The notes beneath the pieces were generated by a model. The model made no database searches and was not told the DNA's origin. It was given only the letters and a program-made list of their open reading frames with translations. Shown piece after piece: positions 44,507-55,104 of a stretch of 64,000 nt of DNA (within the stretch, counting starts at the first letter, position 1; each line of letters begins with the position of its first letter). Location of the stretch: positions 309,486 through 373,485 of the IMG/VR virus record IMGVR_UViG_3300042558_004148; one strand, 5' to 3'. Both the position numbers and the translations under genes were made by a program.

Positions 44507-45160
44507 ATGGTATCATATTCACAAGCAGGACAGGATATATTTGTAATCAATATATTAAAAAACGCAGGGAAGTTTTTAGATCTAGGATGCTATTTACCAG
44601 ATAAAATAAATAACACTTATCTATTAGAAAAAAATGGCTGGGACGGAGTTTCGGTTGATATATTTGATTATTCTAATGAGTGGAAATTAAGGAGTAGTAA
44701 ATTCATACAGATGGATTGTTTATCTGTTAACTATAAGGAATTTCTAGATTTACACTATCCTAATTCAAATAATATAATAGATTATCTTTCGATAGATATG
44801 GAGTTGTTGGGTGACAGATATACTCTCCTTAATAAGGTTATGCTTAGCGGATATGAATTTAAAATAATCACGATAGAGCATGATTCTCATCTAGGTAACG
44901 ACTACATAGAGGGAGAAAAAAATAAACAAGCTGAGCTTCTAAATAATATGGGATATTATTTATTATGTAACGATGTGGCAAATTATAAAAATCCGGATAT
45001 GTTTTATGAAGATTGGTGGATAAACCCAAAACATATAAATCCCGATGAGTATAATATGCTAAAATCATCCAGAATCAGCTGCGACCAGATATTTTTAAAA
45101 GCAGGAATAGAATATAAAATAAGCGACATCTCTAAAAATTGGGATGATTATAAAATATAG
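44507..45160 (+). CDS. FkbM-like methyltransferase
   Basis: SYSQAGQD, FLDLGC, NNTYLLEKNGWDG, IDYLSID, ITIEHD. Confidence 0.75.
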   Translation: MVSYSQAGQDIFVINILKNAGKFLDLGCYLPDKINNTYLLEKNGWDGVSVDIFDYSNEWKLRSSKFIQMDCLSVNYKEFLDLHYPNSNNIIDYLSIDMELLGDRYTLLNKVMLSGYEFKIITIEHDSHLGNDYIEGEKNKQAELLNNMGYYLLCNDVANYKNPDMFYEDWWINPKHINPDEYNMLKSSRISCDQIFLKAGIEYKISDISKNWDDYKI

Positions 45161-45162
45161 AA

Positions 45163-45753
45163 ATGATTAAAATACTACCATCAGACTCAACACAATGGTA
45201 TCTCGATAACGGAGATAATACATTAAGAATAGATTATCCCGAAATTAATCAAAAATCCACGGTTGTTGATATTGGGGCAAGACATGGATCTTGGTCGGAC
45301 CAAATAAAAACAAAATATTCACCTAATATATTTTGTTTTGAAGTTGTACCAAGTTTTTGTGAAGAATTGAAAGTCAAGGGGTATACAGTTTTTCAAAACG
45401 CAGTATATAATAGGGACGGGAAAATAATGATAGGAATAGACGGCGACGAGGGATCGGTATACCATACTAATAATACATTTGAGGTTGAATCAATACAAGC
45501 AAATAGTATATTTAATATAATAGGATCCGACGTAATAGATCTGATTAAAATTAATGTAGAGGGAGCAGAGTATTCGATACTAAATGATTTAATATTATCC
45601 AATACTATAGGTAAAATAAAAAACATACAGGTACAATTTCATCTAATAGAGAACCACGAGGAACAATATGATAATATAGTAAAAGAACTAGAAAAAACAC
45701 ATAGACTCACCTGGAGATATCCGTTCGTTTGGGAAAACTGGGAAATAAAATAA
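45163..45753 (+). CDS. FkbM-family methyltransferase
   Basis: VDIGARHG, IDLIKINVEGAEY, IQVQFH. Confidence 0.85.
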   Translation: MIKILPSDSTQWYLDNGDNTLRIDYPEINQKSTVVDIGARHGSWSDQIKTKYSPNIFCFEVVPSFCEELKVKGYTVFQNAVYNRDGKIMIGIDGDEGSVYHTNNTFEVESIQANSIFNIIGSDVIDLIKINVEGAEYSILNDLILSNTIGKIKNIQVQFHLIENHEEQYDNIVKELEKTHRLTWRYPFVWENWEIK

Positions 45754-45785
45754 AGTAAAGTAAAGCAGATTATATAATATTAGAA

Positions 45786-46718
45786 ATGAAAGATTTAACT
45801 AAAACAACATTAATAATACCAGTAAAGGTAGAACATAATGATAGATACAGAAATGCAAAGAATGTTCTTAATTTTCTAAACTCCAATATAAAAACAAATG
45901 TCTTTATATATGAGATATCTGATAACGGTGAAAGTAAATTAGACTTCATAAACGAATTGGGTAATCTGAAAATAAGTCACTGGGTACTACCGAACGAATC
46001 ACCATTTCATCGTACAAAATATCTTAATATTATGTTGGATAAAGTAGAAACTCCCGTTGTTGTTAATTATGATATAGATGTTCTATTAGATCCAAATAAT
46101 ATGTTGGAATGTCAGAATATCATATTGAGAGGGGAATCTTCAGTAATATATCCATACGAGCTTGGTCTCGGACAAATCCAAGTATACGAAACTTTTGATT
46201 ATAGTGGATTTGAAAAATCTGGATATTCCATAGATTTTATAAATAATTCAGATAAAATCAATACTTGGTATGCTGAATGCGGGCATTGTATATTTTTTAA
46301 TACCGAGATATACAGAGATTTTGGTGGAGAGAATGAGAATTTCATATCATATGGACCAGAAGATAAGGAAAGATTATACAGGTTCCAAATATTATCAAAT
46401 AGTGTTTCTTGGAGGGATGGACAAAAGGTATACCATCTTGAACATTATAGAGGAAATGATAGTTGGACAACAAATCCAAGCTTCAGTCACAATTGGAATA
46501 TATTCGATTCTCTTAAAGGAATGTCGGGAGAAGACCTCATGGAATACTATAAAAAATCGGATTACACAAAGAAATATTCAACGATAAGCAAGAATCACCC
46601 TATATTAACTGAATTGGGAGAAATAGGAAATGCTATAGAGAAAATAGTAAGTCCGCCAAAAATAATACAGAATTCGAATATCCAGATAAATCAAAACGAT
46701 CCCTCCACACTTAGATAA
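45786..46718 (+). CDS. GT2/GT7C-like glycosyltransferase
   Basis: FHRTKYLN, NYDIDV, FGGENENFISYGPEDKE. Confidence 0.8.
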   Translation: MKDLTKTTLIIPVKVEHNDRYRNAKNVLNFLNSNIKTNVFIYEISDNGESKLDFINELGNLKISHWVLPNESPFHRTKYLNIMLDKVETPVVVNYDIDVLLDPNNMLECQNIILRGESSVIYPYELGLGQIQVYETFDYSGFEKSGYSIDFINNSDKINTWYAECGHCIFFNTEIYRDFGGENENFISYGPEDKERLYRFQILSNSVSWRDGQKVYHLEHYRGNDSWTTNPSFSHNWNIFDSLKGMSGEDLMEYYKKSDYTKKYSTISKNHPILTELGEIGNAIEKIVSPPKIIQNSNIQINQNDPSTLR

Positions 46719-46783
46719 TATTGGTTTCTAAATATAATGGAATATAAATCCACAATTGGACTACAATATCATAAATATATTAA

Positions 46784-47695
46784 ATGGGAAAAATAATAAT
46801 AACCGGTGGAAGCGGATTAGTAGGTAGTGCTTTTAAGGGTGATGAATTTATACATCTTTCATCAAAAGACGGGGATCTTAGAAATATCGATTCGATAAAA
46901 CCAATACTGGAAAAAAATAAACCGGAGGGAATAATACACTGTGCTGCTAAAGTTGGTGGTGTTTTAGGTAATACTAAATATCCTGGGAATTTCTATAGGG
47001 ATAATATTCTTATGAACACCAACGTTATAGAGGAAGCAAGAAAACATGAAATCAAAAAACTTGTATTTTTCTCCTCAACATGTGTATTTCCTGATAATGT
47101 CGAATACCCATTATCACCAGAAAAAATTCATCTTGGACCACCACATAAATCAAACTATGCTTATGCTTATGCTAAAAGAATGGGGCAAGTTCAGATACAA
47201 GCATACAAGGATCAGTATGATCTTGATTATTTTACAGTTATACCTACCAATATTTACGGACCTAACGATTTTTATAATCTGGAAAACGGACATGTTCTAC
47301 CCTCACTAATACATAAAATGTATTTAGCAAAAGAAAATGGGACGGATTTCGTAGTATGGGGATCCGGTAATCCTCTAAGAGAGTTTATATTTTCCGAAGA
47401 TGTGGCTAGATTAACAATGAATCTATATAATGACTACAGAGGAAATGATCCAGTTATATTATCAACGTCGAATGAAATAAGTATAAAGGATGTCGTACTT
47501 ATGATCGCAGATATTTTTGAATTTAAAGGTAATATAAAATTTGATTCGACTAAACCGGAGGGTCAATACAGAAAGCCCAGCGATAATTCGGTGATAAAGG
47601 GGATGTATCCGGATTTTAAATTTACCCCGATGGAGGAAGGATTAAAAAAATCAATACATTGGTTTATAGAAAATTATGAAAATATTAGAAAGTAA
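46784..47695 (+). CDS. fcl: GDP-L-fucose synthase
   Basis: TGGSGLVG, HCAAKVGG, SSTCVFP, YAYAKR, PTNIYGPND, WGSGNPLREF. Confidence 0.95.
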   Translation: MGKIIITGGSGLVGSAFKGDEFIHLSSKDGDLRNIDSIKPILEKNKPEGIIHCAAKVGGVLGNTKYPGNFYRDNILMNTNVIEEARKHEIKKLVFFSSTCVFPDNVEYPLSPEKIHLGPPHKSNYAYAYAKRMGQVQIQAYKDQYDLDYFTVIPTNIYGPNDFYNLENGHVLPSLIHKMYLAKENGTDFVVWGSGNPLREFIFSEDVARLTMNLYNDYRGNDPVILSTSNEISIKDVVLMIADIFEFKGNIKFDSTKPEGQYRKPSDNSVIKGMYPDFKFTPMEEGLKKSIHWFIENYENIRK

Positions 47696-48678
47696 TGGAA
47701 AAGAAAAGAGCATTAATAACCGGAATTAACGGACAGGATGGTAGTTATCTTGCTGAATTACTTATAGATAAAGGATATGAGGTATTTGGTACAATCAAAA
47801 GAAACTCAGTATCTGAAAATCAAACAGCAAGATTAGATTCGGTGTATGAAGAAATAAAAGATAACCTGATATATGCGGATTTATTGGATGTTCCTTCATT
47901 ACTGCATGCTTTAAAGATATCAGATCCCTGCGAAGTATATAATTTAGCTGCGCAATCACACGTGAGGATATCCTTCGACCAACCAGTTTATACAGCACAA
48001 GCAACAGGCATAGGTACACTCAATCTACTGGAAGCAATAAGATTACATAATCAGGAAATAAAAATGTACCAGGCATCCTCATCGGAAATGTTTGGTAATT
48101 CCATAGATGATGATGGATACCAAAGGGAAACGACACCCATGAACCCGGTTAGTCCATATGGATGCGCTAAGGTATTTTCATATAATATATGTAGAAATTA
48201 TAGGAATTCATACGGAATGTTTATAAGTAACGGCATTCTATTCAATCACGAATCTCCGCGTAGGGGCACAAACTTTGTCACTAACAAGGTAGTAAAGACA
48301 GCAGTAAGGATTAAGCTAGGTTTGGAAAATAAACTCGTTTTAGGTAACCTAGATGCCACTAGAGACTGGGGACACGCAAAGGATTATGTGGAAGCTATGT
48401 GGATGATGCTCCAACAGGATAAATCTGGTGACTATATCTGTTCAACCGGTATATCACATTCTGTTCTTGACTTAGTTGAATATGTCTTTGATAAATTGGA
48501 TCTTGATTGGAAAGAATACGTCGGAACTGATAGCAAATTTTTAAGGCCAGAAGAACTTGAAGATCTAAAAGGAGATTCAAGAAAACTTAGAAATGATACT
48601 GGATGGTCACCCAAGTATAATTTCGAATCGATGTTAGATGAAATGATTGAGCATTGGCTGGAACATTATTCCAAATAA
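47695..48678 (+). CDS. gmd: GDP-mannose 4,6-dehydratase
   Basis: ITGINGQDGSYLAE, YNLAAQSHV, QASSSEMFG, SPYGCAK, NHESPRRG, RDWGHAKDY. Confidence 0.97.
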   Translation: MEKKRALITGINGQDGSYLAELLIDKGYEVFGTIKRNSVSENQTARLDSVYEEIKDNLIYADLLDVPSLLHALKISDPCEVYNLAAQSHVRISFDQPVYTAQATGIGTLNLLEAIRLHNQEIKMYQASSSEMFGNSIDDDGYQRETTPMNPVSPYGCAKVFSYNICRNYRNSYGMFISNGILFNHESPRRGTNFVTNKVVKTAVRIKLGLENKLVLGNLDATRDWGHAKDYVEAMWMMLQQDKSGDYICSTGISHSVLDLVEYVFDKLDLDWKEYVGTDSKFLRPEELEDLKGDSRKLRNDTGWSPKYNFESMLDEMIEHWLEHYSK

Positions 48679-48699
48679 ACTAATAACTACCAATAATAA

Positions 48700-48728
48700 T
48701 AAAAGCCGCTATATGCGGCTTTTATTTT
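48700..48728 (+). terminator. intrinsic terminator
   Basis: AAAAGCCGC-TATAT-GCGGCTTTT. Confidence 0.8.
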
Positions 48729-48761
48729 GATATATAGAGAAAATAAATAAAATAATATATC

Positions 48762-50036
48762 ATGGATAGAGTATTAAGTTTTTCAAGCTATCATAAATTA
48801 AATGAAGCTGAGGAAGTAAATAAATCTGCTAGCGCAGCTGAACAAATAGTCGATCTTTTCTTTCAGGCTTATGGTTCACTTGTTACTAAAATAGGTGATT
48901 ATAAGGATGCAATTAGCGATTTACTTGAAGTTGCAGAGGAAAAAGAAGCAGGTAAGAAAGGTGAAATTATGGATTCAATTTTAAGAAAAGTTGTTTCTAA
49001 AATAGACCCAACTTACAAAGAAATTGGTGGCGACATAACACAAGCTGGTAAACAAATAAAAGAAGTTTATGCAACTTTATTAGACACAGAAGAGGGTAAA
49101 AAATCTCTGGAAGAAATTAATAAAGCAATCTATAGAAAAATTATAGAAAAGCAAAAAGGTTTAGAAACTTCTTCTAAGGAACTTAAACCTAACGAAGAAA
49201 AAGTTGAGAAGGATAATAATTCATTTGATGCCAATTATTCTGATTCAGATTATATCTTTGAAAAAAATACTTTCGTGGATGAGAGAAACGCATTAATAAG
49301 TAAAATAAAACCTTTCTATGCAGAAAGTGTTCAACAGGCTAAAAATGCAGTATCAGCAAATCTTAAGTCAAAATCAGTTGAGACCGCTAAAAGTTTAAAA
49401 ACGATGTATGACTTACTTTCGGATGAGACCAAATGGGAATCTATGAAAAGAAGAACTAGAAAAGAAGAACTAGAAAGAATCAATTCAGAAATGGATAAAT
49501 TAAATTCTGATATGAATGATGTTAGAAAATCGGAGCTTCTTAAAATTGGCATAGATAAAAAAGTTTCTGATGGAATATCAGGAATCATAGAATTGATAAA
49601 TTCAGCAATTGGTAAAATATCCGAGATTGACTCTAAGAAAATTGAGGATGAAAAATTAGTAAAAACTGACGGCAAGGAAGAAGAAGAAGCTAAAAAAGAG
49701 GAGGATAAAAAAGAGGAGGATAAACCTGAATTAATATCGTCAGGTAATGTAGATAAGAAAAATCTAACCAAGAAAGGTCCAAATCTAGAAAAAATTAAAG
49801 CTTTCCAGGAAAAATTCAACACATTGTTTCCTAACGATAATATAAAAGCTGATGGACTTTATGGAAAAAATACTGAGACTTCCATAGTTAAAGTTGCTAA
49901 GATGATCGGTGGACTAATCGGTGAAGATTTAGCTAAGGCTACTGAGGACGGTAAAAAATTAACACCTGAATTGCAATCAGCAATAAATAAATTTGATTCT
50001 AATAAGGATAAAATAAAGGAGCTTATTTCTAAATAA
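48762..50036 (+). CDS. coiled-coil putative head-packaged protein with a C-terminal PG-binding-like segment
   Basis: VLSFSSYHKLNE; KAFQEKFN...ADGLYGKNTE; GATATATA at 48729. Confidence 0.7.
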   Translation: MDRVLSFSSYHKLNEAEEVNKSASAAEQIVDLFFQAYGSLVTKIGDYKDAISDLLEVAEEKEAGKKGEIMDSILRKVVSKIDPTYKEIGGDITQAGKQIKEVYATLLDTEEGKKSLEEINKAIYRKIIEKQKGLETSSKELKPNEEKVEKDNNSFDANYSDSDYIFEKNTFVDERNALISKIKPFYAESVQQAKNAVSANLKSKSVETAKSLKTMYDLLSDETKWESMKRRTRKEELERINSEMDKLNSDMNDVRKSELLKIGIDKKVSDGISGIIELINSAIGKISEIDSKKIEDEKLVKTDGKEEEEAKKEEDKKEEDKPELISSGNVDKKNLTKKGPNLEKIKAFQEKFNTLFPNDNIKADGLYGKNTETSIVKVAKMIGGLIGEDLAKATEDGKKLTPELQSAINKFDSNKDKIKELISK

Positions 50037-50040
50037 TTGT

Positions 50041-50739
50041 ATGCAAGTAAATAATTTTCATAAATTTAAAGTAAATTCAATTTTAGAGAAAGACGGTGAA
50101 TCTAAATCTGGAATTAAATATAAGGAAAATATAGGATACATTAAAAGTGATACTGGTAAAACATCAGCAATATCATATAAAATGGCTATTGGTGAAGCAC
50201 TAGCTGCTATAGATGATATGGCAGGTAACATATCAGTAAAAACCCCTTCCGTTCTAAGAGATGTTAGCGACAGAAAATATTCATTAGCAGATTCTTTAAA
50301 ACCTGATTTACAATCACATCTTAAGATGCTCAAGGGATTAAATTCAATAGCATCTTATCTAGAAACTAAAGCTCCTAAAAGCGAAGCTAATAATAAAGTA
50401 GTAACCTCGTACAATGACGGGATTAAAGAAATAGATGATGAACAAAAAGCAGGCAAAATTTCTAAAGAAATAGCTGATGGTAAAAAAGCAGATCTTAAAA
50501 AAGCAGCTCAAAAAGATTTAGACGAAGCCAAGGAAATTTATTACACACAAATACAAAAAGCATTACCGTATTATAAGGAAGCGGTTTTTGCATTTACTCA
50601 AGCAGCATCTAATGAGATATCTAATATAGACAAGGAAGAGGCTAAAGTTGATGATTTAAAATCAGAAGAAAACTATACAGATTGGCTATCTGGTGTAACT
50701 AAATTTGTGGAGTCTATATTATACGGGGCTAATAAATAA
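50041..50739 (+). CDS. hypothetical helical protein
   Basis: Operonic; N-term VNNFHKF...ILE. Confidence 0.7.
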   Translation: MQVNNFHKFKVNSILEKDGESKSGIKYKENIGYIKSDTGKTSAISYKMAIGEALAAIDDMAGNISVKTPSVLRDVSDRKYSLADSLKPDLQSHLKMLKGLNSIASYLETKAPKSEANNKVVTSYNDGIKEIDDEQKAGKISKEIADGKKADLKKAAQKDLDEAKEIYYTQIQKALPYYKEAVFAFTQAASNEISNIDKEEAKVDDLKSEENYTDWLSGVTKFVESILYGANK

Positions 50740-50749
50740 TTAATTAAAA

Positions 50750-51604
50750 ATGCTAATAGAAAATTTCGGTGGATTTCTAAATACTGCTAAAAAAATAATA
50801 TCCGGTGATAAGTCATCAGCTCAAATGGGATCTGATGTTCCTGCTGATTTATATTCTGCCGAAGCCATAAGAAATATGGTTATAACAACAGCCAATAAGG
50901 TTGATAATATAATTGGAATGGCAAACGAAAAGGATAGGGACGCAGCAAAATCATCTGCTGGGGAGATTGTATCATTTCTTAGAGATTCATTTGTTAAGCT
51001 GGAAGAGATCATAAAGGAACAGGGTAAAGGTGATATGACAGGAAAGGAGAGATCCTCCACGCTGTCTAAAATATCGTCACAACTGGATATTATAAACAGA
51101 AACGGTGGTGTTATTGATAAATGGAAAACTGAGTTTCTTGGCAAAGGAGGATCCAAAATAGCAGGATCCGCACTTTTTGATAAAGGTAAATCTCTAGTTG
51201 AAAAGGCAAGATCTATAATGAAGGTTGTTGAAGACACCAAGGCAATAAAGGATAAAATTAAATCTACTGAATTTGATCAAATCATAAAAAGAAGTATTGA
51301 TGCTGCATCAGGAACTGATATGAGAGGATTTAAACCTAAGCAAGATGTATTTACTAACGATACAAATAATAATCCAGAAGTTGTACAAAGATACAGAGAG
51401 AGATTAAAGAAAATAGGTGTGGATGCAAATCAAGAGGGTAAATATACTGCTTCAGATAAACCAAGCACCACTCAAGCTATGCAATACATAGGGACAGTAA
51501 CCGGTAAAACATATGGAGATGGCGACGAAGCCCTAGCAGATTTTCAAAAAGATCTAGGTGCATATACTGATAAGCAGGATGATATAAAAAAATTATTCAA
51601 GTAA
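50750..51604 (+). CDS. hypothetical helical protein
   Basis: Operonic; N-term MLIENF. Confidence 0.7.
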   Translation: MLIENFGGFLNTAKKIISGDKSSAQMGSDVPADLYSAEAIRNMVITTANKVDNIIGMANEKDRDAAKSSAGEIVSFLRDSFVKLEEIIKEQGKGDMTGKERSSTLSKISSQLDIINRNGGVIDKWKTEFLGKGGSKIAGSALFDKGKSLVEKARSIMKVVEDTKAIKDKIKSTEFDQIIKRSIDAASGTDMRGFKPKQDVFTNDTNNNPEVVQRYRERLKKIGVDANQEGKYTASDKPSTTQAMQYIGTVTGKTYGDGDEALADFQKDLGAYTDKQDDIKKLFK

Positions 51605-52095
51605 TGCTAAATATAAATTCATATGAGGATTTCTTATTCGAAAGCACTGACGATGGAGGATTTATACCAAATAATGTTTATCATAACAGTCCGGTAGCAA
51701 TCAACATTCTTGGGGAATCGCCAATGTGGTTTTCTTTAGATCTTGAACACGGTAACGAATATTATAATAATATGATATTTGACAGGGGTGAATCATATCT
51801 GTATGAAGGAGTAGTTAGAGATACTATTCCACACATCTACTCCGATGTAATATCGAATCTATTTAGCGACAATGGCATAGATACGGAAGACTGGATAGGT
51901 AGCATAGTAGGAAATCCTGACGAGGAAGAAGTTATGTCTCTGGATGGAACAAAAATACTAATGGAAAATAACTACTCCGGTATAGTTTATCCTGATTATG
52001 ATCCATTTGATCCGAGCGATGATGTTGACACATTATTAATATTCAACCCAAGAAAAACAATAACAGGATTTAGATTAATTAGGTCATCAAATTAA
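51604..52095 (+). CDS. putative ADP-ribosyltransferase-fold protein (ART-PolyVal-like), head-packaged N-terminus
   Basis: VYHNS...WFSLD...YSGIVYPD...LIFNPRKTI pattern; N-term INSYEDFLFE. Confidence 0.45.
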   Translation: MLNINSYEDFLFESTDDGGFIPNNVYHNSPVAINILGESPMWFSLDLEHGNEYYNNMIFDRGESYLYEGVVRDTIPHIYSDVISNLFSDNGIDTEDWIGSIVGNPDEEEVMSLDGTKILMENNYSGIVYPDYDPFDPSDDVDTLLIFNPRKTITGFRLIRSSN

Positions 52096-52302
52096 AAATT
52101 CGTTAAAGTTAATAATTATTGAAACAAATTTGCGTAACTTTGCTAAGATAATTATCTAATGGGACCCGGGGTTAATACTATCTAAGAGACTCTTAAGAGC
52201 CCAAAACCAAAAACTACTAATAACAATACCCAGATTTCAGATTAAAAAGAAACATATCCCCAACCTAGCTGTATGATAATGAAATAAATATCATAAAATA
52301 AT

Positions 52303-53499
52303 ATGGCTAAAGCAACGACATCATCAGTATCAGAAGGTTTTTCATTTGCTTCATTGGATAAACAACTTTCAAAAATAAGTGGTTTTGAAACTGGATCATT
52401 ATTAGAAACAAATACATTTAGCGAGGTTGATGAATGGATACCTACTGGTAACTATTTATTAAATGCACAGATATCAGGAACGTTATTTGGAGGTGTACCT
52501 AACTCAAGATCATTTGGAGTTATGGGAGATCCGGGAACAGGTAAATCCTTCTTCTGTTTAAATGTAGTTAGAGAAGCACAAAAAATTGGATATCATATTA
52601 TATATTGTGATACCGAGGGAGCTATTGATAAATCAAGTGCTATTAAATTTGGTATCGATTCTACAAATATAAGATATCAACCAATACAGACAGTTTCACA
52701 ATTTCAAACGTTTGTATCTAATATACTCGATCTTGTAAAGAAAGCTAAAGCTAAAGGAGAAAATCCTAAAATATTGATTGTACTAGATTCATTAGGAATG
52801 TTAAGTACTGATAAGGAATTGGCAGATGCTATGAAAGGACATAATGCATCTGATATGGGGGCTAAGGCTAAGGAATTAAGAAAATTATTCCGTGTAATTA
52901 CTCTTGATCTAACTGCAGCTAAAATACCCCTAATCTGTACAAACCACGTATATGCAGGGGGTGGAGCTTATATTCCAACGAAGGAAAGTTCAGGTGGTGA
53001 CGGCCCTATATTCGCTATGTCTGTTGTCTCTTTCCTATCTAAAGCACAATTAAAAGATGGTGCTGGTACAAAGACCGGTATAGTCGTTACATCCACTCTT
53101 AAGAAAAGCAGATTTACTATACCAGAACCTGTTAAATTTCATATATCATTTTCTAATGGTATGAATCCTTATGTTGGCTTACAAGACTACGTTTCTTGGG
53201 AAGTGTGTGGGATAGAAAGAGGTAAATTCGAGGAAGTTAAAAATGCGGAGGGTAAAAAAGAATCCGTTTTTAAACCAAGTGCTACCGCAACCAGATGGGG
53301 TGTTAAACATTTAGGTAAAACAGTAGCTTCAACTGAACTATTTACCGAGAAGGTATTTACAAGAGAAGTATTAGAGCAAATAGACGCTAAAGTTATTCAG
53401 GATAAATTCAAATTTCCTGATCTTGCTGATCATAGCGATATTTTAGATTCTATGAATATAGAATCAGATACTGATACGGATACTGATGAACAAGAATAA
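52303..53499 (+). CDS. uvsX: RecA/UvsX-like recombinase
   Basis: PTGNYLLNAQISG, GDPGTGKS, YCDTEGA, LDSLGML, TNHVY. Confidence 0.9.
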   Translation: MAKATTSSVSEGFSFASLDKQLSKISGFETGSLLETNTFSEVDEWIPTGNYLLNAQISGTLFGGVPNSRSFGVMGDPGTGKSFFCLNVVREAQKIGYHIIYCDTEGAIDKSSAIKFGIDSTNIRYQPIQTVSQFQTFVSNILDLVKKAKAKGENPKILIVLDSLGMLSTDKELADAMKGHNASDMGAKAKELRKLFRVITLDLTAAKIPLICTNHVYAGGGAYIPTKESSGGDGPIFAMSVVSFLSKAQLKDGAGTKTGIVVTSTLKKSRFTIPEPVKFHISFSNGMNPYVGLQDYVSWEVCGIERGKFEEVKNAEGKKESVFKPSATATRWGVKHLGKTVASTELFTEKVFTREVLEQIDAKVIQDKFKFPDLADHSDILDSMNIESDTDTDTDEQE

Positions 53500-53782
53500 T
53501 ATAAAATTCAAATATTTATTGGGGCTTTGGAAAACAATGCCCCAATATCCAACTAAAGAGGATGTCGTCTATGAAATTAGCCTATATCTATTAAAAGATA
53601 AAAGACCCAATGGGGATTTTTCTGAACAAACATTTAATTCCATATTTGGAAAAAATTGGAAGAGCGAAAAATCAGGCGAGATTATATCGGAGATGCTGGA
53701 AAATAATGATATAATGGAAACTAAAAAGAGTACACCATCTAAAAAATGGTATACAATAAAAAATAACCCTTATTATAATTAG
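53486..53782 (+). CDS. hypothetical protein
   Basis: 98-aa operonic ORF. Confidence 0.65.
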   Translation: MNKNNIKFKYLLGLWKTMPQYPTKEDVVYEISLYLLKDKRPNGDFSEQTFNSIFGKNWKSEKSGEIISEMLENNDIMETKKSTPSKKWYTIKNNPYYN

Positions 53783-53785
53783 TAA

Positions 53786-55087
53786 ATGGATTTATCACAT
53801 TCGGAAAATGTAATACTTAGATATGCACTAGAAAGTGCAACATATCTGGAAACTTGTAAAAGAGAATTCTTTAAGAATGAATCTTTTGGTGAAATGTTTG
53901 TTGCAGTTAAGGAATTTTGGGACAAGTACCACGAAATGCCTAGCTCAGATCAGTTGATAGAAGCTTTCAAACTTTCCGGTAATGTAGACAAGGTTAATGC
54001 TACAGAAATTCGTTCCATTTATGATATTGATTTAAGTAGATATGAGGATTCTTGGTTAAAGGAAACCACCGAATTTTTTATAGAATATAAGAACTTAACA
54101 AAATCCGCTGTTGATGCTCTTAAATATATTCAATCAACTCCAGTATCTTCGGAGAATATAAAAACAGTAATAGACACATTCAAAAATATAATAGTTGAGC
54201 GAAACAATATAGATTTTTCATTTGATGAGGGTCTGGATTTTTTCAAAGCTGAAAACCACAAGCAGTTAACACATAATACTTTCTCGAGCGGATATCCTTT
54301 CATAGATACTGTGCTTGGTGGGGGTTTCTCCGCTAAGGCTCTTTATGTATTCATGGGTATGCCTAAAGTTGGTAAATCTTTATGGTTAGGTAATATCGCT
54401 GCACAGGCAGTTAAGAGTGGTCATAATGTTGCTGTATTATCTTTGGAGATGTCAGATAGGAAATACGTGAAGAGAATGGGAGCTAATATTCTTGGTATTC
54501 CTGTTAAAGAATACGAGGCATTAAGTAACGATGAGCAGGCTATTAAGAAAAAATTAGGTTCAATTACTTATGAGAATTTAAGAGTTCCCGGTCAATTATT
54601 GATTAAGGAATTTCCTACCTCACAGGCATCTGTTAATGACGTTGAGAATTACTTGAAGAAGATGGAGGAAATTAAAGGTATTAAATTTAAGGTAATTATT
54701 ATTGATTATATTAACATTATGAAGAATTGGAGAAATCCGAATTCGGAAAACACTTATATGAAGATTAAACAGTTAGCGGAGGATTTAAGAGGTATGGCAA
54801 TGTCAAATCAATGGTCCATTATTACTGCTACACAAACAAAACAAGGTGATTTCGATGCTTCTGATTTAAGCATAAATTCCGCAGCGGAATCTTCTGGTTT
54901 AGTTGCAACCGTTGATGGTATGTTTGGTATAATCCAAGACCCACTTATGTATGCTAATAAGGAATATAAGCTTAAGATTCTAGCCAATCGTGATGATGGC
55001 TATAAAAATGCATACAAGGTATTTTCTGTTGATTACAAATACATGAGAATATCCGAAGATATCAATGTTGCTATGCACGTTGAGTAA
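53786..55087 (+). CDS. DnaB-like replicative helicase (T4 gp41-like)
   Basis: GMPKVGKS, SLEMS, IIIDYINI, TATQT, AAESSGL. Confidence 0.92.
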   Translation: MDLSHSENVILRYALESATYLETCKREFFKNESFGEMFVAVKEFWDKYHEMPSSDQLIEAFKLSGNVDKVNATEIRSIYDIDLSRYEDSWLKETTEFFIEYKNLTKSAVDALKYIQSTPVSSENIKTVIDTFKNIIVERNNIDFSFDEGLDFFKAENHKQLTHNTFSSGYPFIDTVLGGGFSAKALYVFMGMPKVGKSLWLGNIAAQAVKSGHNVAVLSLEMSDRKYVKRMGANILGIPVKEYEALSNDEQAIKKKLGSITYENLRVPGQLLIKEFPTSQASVNDVENYLKKMEEIKGIKFKVIIIDYINIMKNWRNPNSENTYMKIKQLAEDLRGMAMSNQWSIITATQTKQGDFDASDLSINSAAESSGLVATVDGMFGIIQDPLMYANKEYKLKILANRDDGYKNAYKVFSVDYKYMRISEDINVAMHVE

Positions 55088-55104
55088 AAATAATCCATAA
55101 AGAA

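Noticed and set aside
52143-52300. Hairpin-containing intergenic region upstream of uvsX as an origin or ncRNA
   Set aside because: Only short helices (TAAGAG/CTCTTA, GGG/CCC); a host-type TAACTTTG promoter at 52135 explains the region adequately
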